NCBI GenBank assembly: GCA_965240325.2
Contig: OZ251231.1
Coordinates: 2,232,001 to 2,296,000, forward strand
Reading direction: 5' to 3'
DNA from: Rebecca billardiae RCC1528
Lineage: Eukaryota > Protista > Haptophyta
Length of the DNA: 64,000 bases
A model generated the notes under the pieces. It searched no databases. It saw nothing but the letters and a program-made list of their open reading frames with translations, and had not been told where the DNA came from. Both the position numbers and the translations under genes were made by a program. This document shows, in pieces, positions 54,625-64,000 of this stretch (within the stretch, counting starts at the first letter, position 1; each line of letters starts with the position of its first letter).

Positions 54625-56362
54625 CACCGCCGATCGAGGACCGCCATCGTGAGTTCGGCTGGAGAGTCAGCAGACTAGCAGAGACGCTGCGCGCTGCTGC
54701 TCGAGTGACTGAGGACTGCTTTCCTGCTTTATTCCTTTTGTCGTGGCTGCCACTGCCCAGTGCGGCGGCACGTCCGTGCATCTGGACGGGCATCGACCCT
54801 TGGCGAGGTAGCCAAATCGCGTGACTTAGTCCCGGCGAAGGCTGCTAGCAGCCGTGATCAGCTCGCACGCCATGTCCGTCGATGATCGCCCAGCTATTGA
54901 CAGGCGCCCACACGTATGTATCGGACGCGGTGACGCGGCCGCACGACTACCGCACATGAGCCAACCTCGTCCATCAGACTCACGACGTGTAGGCCAGACA
55001 GAACACCGGCGGGTCTGCACCCTGGCTGGCTGGCACGGCATGCCCAAGAGGTCACCATGGCCGTCAGGAGGGTGATCCTGGCCCCTACTACTACTTGCCC
55101 ATCCTTCCCACTCGGCAGTCGGCACAACAGCCTTATTCTGCGTCGGTTGCACTAGGACGGGGACGCGTCGGGCGTGAGGGTGGTGGAATAGGTCGAAGTG
55201 ATGCTGTCGCGCATGCTCTCGCGCACGTACGCCAGAACGGATCTGCCTGCGTCACGCCCCAATGACCCGTCAGCGGCGCTGGGCATTTGGATCGCGGTGG
55301 GACCGGCGGGCATTCACGCCCGTCATGTCTCCCACCTTCAAAAGTGGCAAATTGCAACTGGACCGCCCTGCAGGCGAGCCACCGTCGTTACCGCACGCCC
55401 CCCGGGGGGGCGCCGGCCCCCGAGGCATGCCACTTATTGCCACCTGTGTCGGGCCGCGCGCGCCAGCATCTGACGAACTCACAACGAACATTTCCGAACC
55501 GCTCGAGGCAAAACCCCATATGTTGCAGGAGAATGGCCTAGGCGGCGCGCGATCATACGCGACACAACTCCTTGCTGGGACCATGCCGTAGGTGTCTCCG
55601 TCTGTGCAGTGCTCACGCGCGGTTGACACCGGGCATTGTCTCGGGGGTACTGTTGCCGCATCGGCGGCGGCGGCACCTCGGCGATGCTCGACCTTGTTGA
55701 GGAGTTGTCGATGCCTGAGAATCAGTTCAGCGAATACCTCAATACCTGAATACCATGTCGTCACCGCGGCACTCGGTGTATCGGTCAGTGGTTTGAGGTT
55801 GGGTGAGGGTGGTGGTTGGTTGGGGGCTGGCCAGGGTAGGGCTGGAGGCTTCGGCCGCCAGTCTGATCACCCGGAGCCCGTTATAAAGGGGAATTTATAA
55901 ACACGGCATATATTTAAGTGACCGGGCCCAAAATAGTACGCATCTAGATACTGCTCAAATAGTCAAATACCCGGTCAGGCGGTCACTCGGTCCCGGCAAT
56001 CCCGCCGCGACTGTAAAACAGTCGCCATATTCAATCATTTGAAGAACCTAACGTCTTTACTATGACTTGCCGAGCACTGCTGTATTCATCACGAATTCAC
56101 ATTCTGGCGGTTCAACTCATTCAACTATTCAAGTATGCGCTAATAAATCAATGATTACAACGGTACGACTGGTAGCGCTGTTTTGATTGGTCAATTGCTT
56201 CCGATCTCGACCAAATCTGCACTTCCAAAAACTCCGAAGAAGAAGTTATCGTTGTCGTCTTGAATAGTTGGAATCCCCCCCCTGTCGGCGCACAGTGCGC
56301 AAGGGGAGCTCCGTGGTCGCGCGCGAGCCCGCCCCCCGGGGGCCCGCCGGGACCCCATTGGC

Positions 56363-59300
56363 ATGCCGCTTCGCCATCCGCGTCGGGCCACGCGCGCGCC
56401 GGCGTTGCTGCTGCTGCTCGCGCGCATCGCGTGCGCCGCCGCCGATACCCCCTGCCCGGGCGTGCCGCGGCCCTTTGTCCGCGAGCTGCCGTATGCGGCG
56501 GCCTCGGCCGCGGCCGCTGCGGCGGTGGACGCTCGCGGGTGCGTGCTGCGCTCGAACGTGTCGATCGCCTTCGTGCACCACGGCTCGGCGGCGAACTCCA
56601 TCTTCTGGCGGACGGTCGAAGACGGCGCCCGCCGCGCCGCCCTCGACCTGGGCGTCAATCTCGTGCTGCGCACGACGCCCTCGTTTGACCTCGCGGGCAT
56701 GTCGGCGCTGATCGACGAGGCGGTGGCCGCGCGGCCCGACGGGCTGGTGGTGAGCCTGCCGAACGTGGCGGCGCTCGCGCCCGCGGTGCGGCGCGCGGTC
56801 GCGAGCGGCGTCGTGGTCATCGCCATCAACTCGGGCGTGCACGACTTTGAGGCGCTCGGCGCCGTGCACTTTGTGGGGCAGGCGGAGCACGCCGCCGGGT
56901 ACGAGGCGTGCGGCCGGCTGCTGGCGGCGGGCGCGAGGCGCGTGCTCACGCTGGACCACCGCGCGGGGCTGGCGGCGGGTGTGAACGAGCGGCACGACGG
57001 CTGCGCGGCGCGCGCGCTCGAGCTCGGCGGCAGCGCGCACAAGGTGCACACCACCACCACGGAGGAGGTCGCGCTCGCGGACGTGCGCGCCGCGCTCGAC
57101 GCCGACCCGGCGCTGGACGCGGTGCTCGCGCTCTCGTCGGCGACGGTGGTGCCGGCGGCGCGCGCGGTCGCCGAGCTGCCGCCGACGCGCCCCGTGCTGC
57201 TCGGCAGCTTCGACTTCTCCGCCGAGATGAGCGCGATGCTCGAGTCGGGCGAGCTCCTCTTCGCGGTTGACCAGCAGCAGTACCTGCAGGGCACGCTGCC
57301 GCTGCACCTGCTCGCGGCGCGCGCGTCGAGCGCGCACCTGCCGCTACCGCCGCGCGAGGCGGACGGCGGCGCGGGGCCGATCGTGACGGGGCCGAGCTTC
57401 GTCACGGCGGGCGCGCACGCCGAGCGCAAGGCGTGCGAGGCGCAGGGCGTCTTCTACTGCGCCGAGCCCTCCACCTCACTCGCGGCCGCGCCCGCGCCCG
57501 GCTGTCCGTGCATCGAGCGCGGGGCCGTGCGGCTCGCGCTCGTCCTGCACGTCGAGTCGGCGCTGCGCGACGCGAGCAGCCTGTGGTCGCGGCTGGTGAA
57601 CGGCGCGGAGCTCGCGGCGGCGGACCGCGGCGTCTCCCTCGACGTGCTCTCGCCCGCGCGCACCGACAGCGCGGCGATGGCCGAGCTGCTGCTCGCGGCC
57701 GCGCGAGACGCGCAGCCGCCCTACGACGGAATCGTGAGCACCGCGCCCGGCGCCGCGCTGCTCGCGCCCGCCTTCGACGCGGCGCGCGCGCGCGGCACGC
57801 GCGTGGTCACGCTCTTCTCGCGCGACGGGTTCGAGGCGCGCGACCCCGCGCTGCGCGAGGCGCAGCTGCTGCACGTCGGGCAGGACGACGAGGCCGCCGG
57901 CTTCGAGGGCGCGCGCGCGGCGCTCGCGCTCGGCGACGCGGACGGCAACGGGACGAGCGCCGCGCCGGGCTGCGGCGGCGGCGGCGCGGCGGCGCTGCTG
58001 GTGATCGACCACGGCCTGGGCACGAGCCCGGAGCTGAACGCGCGCGTCGCGGGCGTGCGCCGCTACGCCAACACCTCGAGCGCCGTGCCCCCCGTCCGCG
58101 TCGAGCTCGTGCCGCTCGACGCGCAGAACGCGGCGCGCGCGAGCCAACAGCTCGACGCGGCGCTCGACGCGCTGGGCGGCGCGCCGTGCGTGCGCGCGGT
58201 GCTGGCGCTGGGCGAGCCGGGCACGCACGCGCTGCTCGGCGCGGGGCGGCTCGCCGGCGTGCCCGCCGGCGCGTTCGACCCGGACGCCGAGGCGCTCGCC
58301 GCGCTCGCCGACGGCCGCCTCGCCTTCGCCCTCGACCAGCAGCCGTGGCTGCAGGGGCACGCGGCGGTCGCGGTCGCGGCGGAGGCGGCACTCTCCGGTA
58401 ACGCGCCGGTCGGGCCGCGCGTGCTGCCCGCCGGGCCGCGCGTGCTGTGGGCGGGCGGCGAGGCGGCGATGGCGGCGGTGGCGGCGGCGAGCGCCAACGA
58501 CAGCGCGGTCGTCGAGTGGCGCGCCGCCCCCGAGCTCTCCGCACGACTCGCGTGCGAGGCGCGGCGCTTCGACGACGGCAGCGCGTCCAGCGCAGTCGTC
58601 GGCTGGGAGTGGTGCCCTGCGCCCGCCGCCGACGCGGACGGCGGCGAGGGCGAGGGCGGTGGGGGCGGCGGGGGCGAGGGCGCGGCGGCGTCCGGCGCGG
58701 CGGCGCCCGCCGCGGTCGAGAGCGCGGGCCCCGAGATCCTGATCGTCGCCGTGTTCGCACTCGCGGGCATTGCTGGCGTCGCGGTGGGTGGGCTGCTGCT
58801 GCTGGGCGCGGCGAGGCTGTACTCGCTCGCGCGCCAGGCGCTGGGCGCGCGGCGGGCGCAGGAGTCGCAGCTGCGCGCGCGCGTGGAGGGCGCGATGCAC
58901 GGCGTGCTCGACGTGCTGTACCCCGTCGCGCTCGTGCCGCTCCCCACGCTGCGCACGTGGGCGACCCTGCTCGAGCACGAGCGCGCGCTCGACAGCGGCT
59001 GCCTCGTGCTGCTGCACACGTACGAGCAGGCCAAGCGCTTCGTCACGCGCAGGCCGACCGTCTTCCTCTCGCACCGTGCGCGCGGCGCGCACGGCGCCGC
59101 GCGCCGCGGCCGCGCGCGCGCTCCCTGCCCCCTGACCCCGCCCGACCCCGCCCTGCGCTGTGCGCGCGCGCCGTGCGTGCGCGCCCGTGCCCGCGCGCGC
59201 GACGCGCGCCCCCTTTGTGCGCGTGCAGAGTGGCTTGCGTGGGGCGCGCCCGACCCCGAGGGGGAGCACCTGCGGCACATGGTGGCGGCCGTGCTCGCGC

Positions 59301-60817
59301 TGTGCGAGGCGGAGGAGCTGGTCGAGGAGGACGTGTACTGCTGGATCGACATCGTCTCGATCCCGCAGCACAACAAGGCGACACAGGCCCTCGCCGTGCG
59401 CGCGCTCGGCGTGTATGCGTCGATGATGCGCTACTTCATCGCCGTCTGCCCGCCGTGCACGCACGCCGAGACGCGGATGCCGTGCGACCTGCGCTCGTAC
59501 GGCACGCGCGGCTGGTGCCGGCTGGAGCAGTGGGCGCACCTCGCGGTGGCGGGCGTGGCCAACCTGTACGTCTCGGACGCGTTTGGCACGCTGCGCTCGG
59601 TGGACGAGGACTGGGTGCGCGAGTCCATCCTCGTCTTCGAAGGCACGTTCACTCTCGAGCGCGACCGCTTCAAGCTGGTGGACGTGGTGCTCGGGCTGTG
59701 GGCGCTCACGCTCGTCGCGAGGCGCGCCGGGTACGGCGGCGCGGAGGAGATGGCGGAGACGGTGGACGACCTGCGCGCGCGCGTCTTCCCGAGCGCGCTC
59801 TTTGGGCAGCTGGTCGAGCGGCTCGAGGCGGAGGTGCGCGTGCGCTTCGACGAGTGGGCGGCCGCGCACGCGCCGCACCTCGCGCCCGACGGCCGCGCGC
59901 GCGCCAGCAGCAGCGCGCGCGCCAGCGGGCGCGCGCGCTCCACCGCCGCCGGGCACGCCGCTCGCTTCTCGGTCCGCGTGACTCGCTTCTCGGTCGGGGG
60001 CGCGGCGCTCGGCGTGGGCGGCGGCAGGGGCCGCAGCCGGCGCCTCCGCTCGATGCCCGTGCACGCGGCCGAGGGCCTCGCCGGCTCGGAGCCGGGCTCG
60101 TTCTCGGGCGACATGCGCGCGTCGGAGCCCGAGCCCTCGCACACGCGGCTCTCGGCCGGCAGCGAGCGCGGCAACACGCCACCGGCGCTCACGACGCAGA
60201 TGTCGGGCGCGCTGCGCCCGCTGAGCGACGAGGAGCTCGCGGACGCGCGCGACGCGTTCCGTCTGATGGACACGGGCGCGCGCGGCGAGCTCAGCTGGGA
60301 CGGCTTCGAGCGCACGCTGCGGATGCTCGGGCTGGGCGCGCTGCCGCAGCAGGACGCGCGCGCCATCTTCGAGCAGCGCGCGCCCGGCGGCACCGTCGAC
60401 TTCGACGCGTTCACCGAGCTGGTGCTGTGCGCGCGGCGCAAGGTGCTCAGCATGCCGCAGGACGAGGGCGACGACTTGTTGGCCTCCGAGCTGCACGGCC
60501 GCAGCATCATCCACCAGCTGCTCGAGACGGTGCGCGTCACCTCGACCGAGCAGTTCCGACGCACCTCTTCGCACTACTCCGCGTCCACGCGCAAGTCGGG
60601 GCGGCGCGGCCTGAGCGGCGGGAGCTCGAGCTCGCATCGGCCGCCGTGCAGGGGCTCGGCCGCGCTGTCGGCGGTGTCGAGCGAGTACTCGGCGGACTGG
60701 GGTGGCGTCGTCCACGCCGCCGGGCTCACCGGGGACGACGGCGCGCCGCTCGAGCGCGGGCAGCACGGCGGCGTCGTCCGACTCGAGGCCGTGGCGGCGT
60801 CGCCGTCTGGCGCCGAG

Positions 60818-60853
<36 letters not shown>

Positions 60854-60919
60854 TTGGCCGGCGTCGACATCGTGCGCGAGATTGCCACGCCCACCGCTGC
60901 CGCCGCGGACGGCTTGTAG
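56363..60919 (+). CDS. Single-pass receptor-like protein: signal, two type-I periplasmic sugar-binding domains, TM, HET/TIR-like domain, EF-hand-like pair; intron 59076-59228
   Basis: PBP motifs (FWRTVEDGARRAALDLGV, PDGLVVS, FVGQAEHAAGY, FAVDQQQYLQG, with a second copy ending FALDQQPWLQG). TM at 58735-58812. Spliced FLSHQW..PDP, WIDIVSIPQ, RGWCRLE. EF-like DTGARGELSWDGF and GTVDFDAF. Confidence 0.85.
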
Positions 60920-61237
60920 CAGACTGCTCGAGTCGTCTGTCCGTCACTCTGTTGACGATCTACTGTGTCGGAATCGGAGAATCTCTTACGAAACGCAGCA
61001 CGCGACGATGTTGACGTTGTAACGGTGGACCGTTCATAAGCTACCCGAGCTGCAGCATGTCGATCGATGGAGTCAGTCTGTCAGAGCGCAGGGATTGTAG
61101 GTAGCACATGCTGTTACATCCTCAAGGCAAGAGCGCGCGAATCGGCAGTAAGAAGTGCAAGCAGCCCACCCACCCGAGCGGCCGAGCCCGAGGCGAGAGC
61201 GCCTCCGACATCAGCACGACGACTTCACCTGCGCTCG

Positions 61238-62749
61238 ATGGACGTCGCTCTTCCCCTCCGGCCGCACGTGCGCCCGTGCGTGGCCACGGCGCTGACGCTG
61301 AGCAGCCTGCCGGCCGAGGTCATCGAGCGCATCGTGACGCTCCTCGAGTGCACGCACGACATCGCCAGCGCCAACGCCACCGCGCGCCTCTTCCGCGGAG
61401 CGCCTGGGGCAGGCTCTCCTGTCGAGCATGCGCTGCGCGCGCGCGCCAGCATGCGCGGCCACGCGCTGCCGACGGCGCTGCTGGGCGACGTGCGCACGTG
61501 GACGGCCGAGCTGTTTCTCCGTGAGCGCGTGTGGGACGCCGCGCGCAGGCACGCCCTCGTCGTCGCCGCAGGCGGCGTGTATGCGATGGCGTTCAGCGCG
61601 TTTGTGGACGCGGACGGCGGGCTGCACACGTGCGGCGAGGTGGTGCAGAATGGCGCGCTGGTCACGCCGGCGCCGTGCGGGCATGGCGATGGGGCGCGGC
61701 GGCGGCGCGAGCCCCCCCTCGTGCCCACGCGTGTCGCCTCGCTCGGCGCCGTGCGCGTGCGTGCCGTCGCGGCAGGCTGGTCGCACCTTCTCGCGCTCAG
61801 CGGTGCGGGCGCCGTGTACGCGTGCGGCGAGGGCGGCCGCGGGCAGCTTGGGCTCGGCCGGCGGCGCGGCGCGGAGCGCGTGTCGACGTTCGCGCGCATC
61901 GACGCGCTCCGAGCCGTGCACGCCGTCGGCGTGGCCGCCGCGCACGCCCACAGCCTCGTGCTCGGCGCGTGCGGGCGCGTGCTCAGCTGGGGCAGCAACG
62001 AGTGGGGCGCGCTGTGCCAGGGCGAGCGCGCGCGCCAGGGCGCGTGCTGGGAGCCACGGGGCGCGGCGGCGCCGGCGGGCGTGCGCTTCGCGGCGGTGGC
62101 GGCCGGGCTGAACCACACGCTGCTTCTGTGCGCGGCAGGCGCCGTCTACTCCGCCGGCTGCGGCTTCGAGGGCCGGCTCGGCCACGGCGACGAGGAGCAC
62201 AAGGCCGTGCCGACGCGCGTCGAGGCGCTCGCGGGCGTGCGCGCCGTGCACGTGAGCGCGGGCGCGCTGCACAGCCTGGTGGTCGGCGCGTCGGGGCGCG
62301 TGCACGCGTTCGGCGACGGCGGGCACGCCGGGTGGCCCGACGAGCACACGGACGGCTGGCACTCGGTGCCGAGGCCGATCGCGGCGCTGGGCGCCGTCTC
62401 CGCCGTGCGCGCGAGCGCGGGCGCGCGGTACAGCGTTGTGATGGACGCAGACGGCGCCGTGCACGTGTGCGGCGACGGCGCGCTGCGGCTGCTCTGGCTG
62501 GCGCACGGCCGGTTCCGGGCGCTGGCGGCGCACCGCGCCGTGAGCTGCGCCCTCGGCGACCACGCGCTCTTCGTCACCGCCGATGGCAGCGTGCACTCGT
62601 GCGGCATGACCTCAGGCGCGCTCGGGCGCGGCCAGAGCATGGCCGAGGCGGGCGAGGACGCGCCCACGTGGCAACGCCACCTCGCCACGCGCTCGCTCGC
62701 GCGCATCGAGCGGCTGCCGCCTGTGCTCAGTCTCGGCGGCGGCCTGTGA
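61238..62749 (+). CDS. RCC1-repeat protein with an N-terminal F-box-like motif
   Basis: LSSLPAEVIERIV followed by RCC1 units (VAAGWSHLLAL..GAVYACGEGGRGQLGLG; AAGLNHTLLL..GRLGHGD). Confidence 0.85.
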   Translation: MDVALPLRPHVRPCVATALTLSSLPAEVIERIVTLLECTHDIASANATARLFRGAPGAGSPVEHALRARASMRGHALPTALLGDVRTWTAELFLRERVWDAARRHALVVAAGGVYAMAFSAFVDADGGLHTCGEVVQNGALVTPAPCGHGDGARRRREPPLVPTRVASLGAVRVRAVAAGWSHLLALSGAGAVYACGEGGRGQLGLGRRRGAERVSTFARIDALRAVHAVGVAAAHAHSLVLGACGRVLSWGSNEWGALCQGERARQGACWEPRGAAAPAGVRFAAVAAGLNHTLLLCAAGAVYSAGCGFEGRLGHGDEEHKAVPTRVEALAGVRAVHVSAGALHSLVVGASGRVHAFGDGGHAGWPDEHTDGWHSVPRPIAALGAVSAVRASAGARYSVVMDADGAVHVCGDGALRLLWLAHGRFRALAAHRAVSCALGDHALFVTADGSVHSCGMTSGALGRGQSMAEAGEDAPTWQRHLATRSLARIERLPPVLSLGGGL

Positions 62750-62965
62750 GGCGGATGCAGCCGTTGATCGACGTCGACTACCGCTGTTGCGCGAGCCTTC
62801 GTCGGAGTGTGAATGAGTACACAGCAGTGATGACTCGCCGTCAGTCTCGTTCACAAGTCTCGCGCAGTAAGTAGTAATGTATCATCATGTAAAAGCGTCC
62901 TGCGTCCGCCCGGTCCGGGCGCGCAAGCGGTCGTTTTGTGAGTAGCTTGGCCAAACCGCCCGAGG

Positions 62966-63442
62966 ATGGCGGACGACAGCAAGGCTGCAGTAGGCGATGG
63001 GACCACATCCGTGGAGGACCTGCTGGTCTCGAGCGGCGAGCGGGACCGGTATGCGCGCTCGCAGACCGCACTCGTGGCACGTCATCGGCGATGCTGGTAG
63101 CTGAGAACGCGCGCCGCTCGCGCCGTGCCCGCAGGTTGAAAGAGCTGCTGCGCACGAAGCTGATCGAGTGCGGCTGGCGGGACGAGCTGAAGGAGCACTG
63201 CAAGGAGGTGCTCAAGTCGAAAGGGAAGGAGAAGGTGACGATCGAGGATCTCGCCGCGGAGATCGCGCCGCACGGCCGAGGTGCGGGCTGCACCCCGCGC
63301 GCGAGCCGCGCGTGAGCGCGTACAGCTGACTGCGTTGCGCTGCGCTGCGCGTCTGCCGATTCCAGCCACGATCCCGCAGGAGGTCAAGCAGGAGCTGCTG
63401 CGGAAAATCTCCAAGTTCTTGGAAGAGAACAGCCACACCTAG
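62966..63442 (+). CDS. ENY2: Transcription/mRNA export factor ENY2/Sus1; exons 62966-63048, 63135-63280, 63366-63442
   Basis: Spliced product reads LVSSGERDR|[24 protein letters not shown]...VTIEDL..EIAPHGR|[19 protein letters not shown] introns of 86 and 85 nt. Confidence 0.95.
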
Positions 63443-63814
63443 TTCTCCTGCCCGCCGCGTGCTGTACCGTCGTGAGCACAGGTCCTGAGGAGGTCTGCCG
63501 TGTGTTTGCGCAAAGCCCATTGATCATGCTGACGCGGCCCACGGGCACGGCCCCGACGGAACGGTCCCGCGCCGGGAGAGGCAGCCCGTCTGTCACCGGA
63601 ACGCATGCGCTGCTGCATGACGAATGTCGGCGTACGCAGTTATTGATGACATCAGCAAGCAGCGCTCCGCATCATCACTGCTTCTTCGATCGTCGCATAA
63701 AATATATATATAACGACTTGATCTGATATGTCTATAGTAGTGTCTAAATCTAATAAGCTACGAGTTGTCTCGTATAACTATAATGAGCGCGCCGACTGCA
63801 TGACGATATGATTG

Positions 63815-64000
63815 ATGGCCCGCGGTGCAGGGCGGAGCGCGCAGCGTGGAGCCCGCACCAGCGGGCCCGAACAACGTTTCAAAAAGATCTTTGATCAAGA
63901 AAAAAGGGACGGGGGACGATTTTCATGGCTGGAGGAGGCCGAGTTTCGAATTTTGAGACCCTCTCTAACATGCATCACGGCCGAAAAAGGTCGCGCCCAC
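63815..64000. repeat. Second, inverted copy of the end of the 48511-49811 element (runs off the window)
   Basis: atggcccgcggtgcagggcgga...gtttcaaaaagatctttgatcaa...[17 protein letters not shown] the reverse complement of ~49625-49811 with scattered differences. Confidence 0.9.

Noticed and set aside
55270-55764. Possible RNase H-like remnant (FVVSSSDAGARG) in a minus-strand ORF
   Set aside because: Only one weak motif, with no other catalytic residues or RT nearby. It cannot be supported without a search.

Overview
A gene-dense, very GC-rich eukaryotic window with short GC-rich GT-AG introns. The style suggests a haptophyte-like alga, possibly Pavlovophyceae, but that assignment is inference. 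Host genes, in order: a partial RCC1-repeat protein; a Ser/Thr kinase; an Orn/Lys/Arg decarboxylase homolog lacking the PLP lysine; RPB1 with a YSPTSPA CTD interrupted by two introns; an STI1/DP-repeat protein; a giant GPS-containing polycystin-1-like protein; a tandem E2 (active plus dead); a membrane-anchored multicopper oxidase; an EF-hand protein; a second polycystin-1-like protein; an apparently circularly permuted fucosyltransferase; an alpha/beta hydrolase; a secreted Cys/Pro-rich protein; a P4-ATPase flippase; a single-pass receptor joining two periplasmic sugar-binding domains to a HET/TIR-like domain and EF-hands; an F-box-like RCC1 protein; and ENY2/SUS1. Mobile or derived DNA: a young 3.5-kb Gag-only LTR element with a 5-bp TSD, a decayed copy of the flippase 3' end beside it, and two copies of a non-coding dispersed repeat. 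The strongest novelty candidates are the sugar-binding/TIR-like receptor, the permuted fucosyltransferase, the channel-less 5-TM polycystin-like pair and the Gag-only retroelement. All calls come from manual motif reading; no searches were run.
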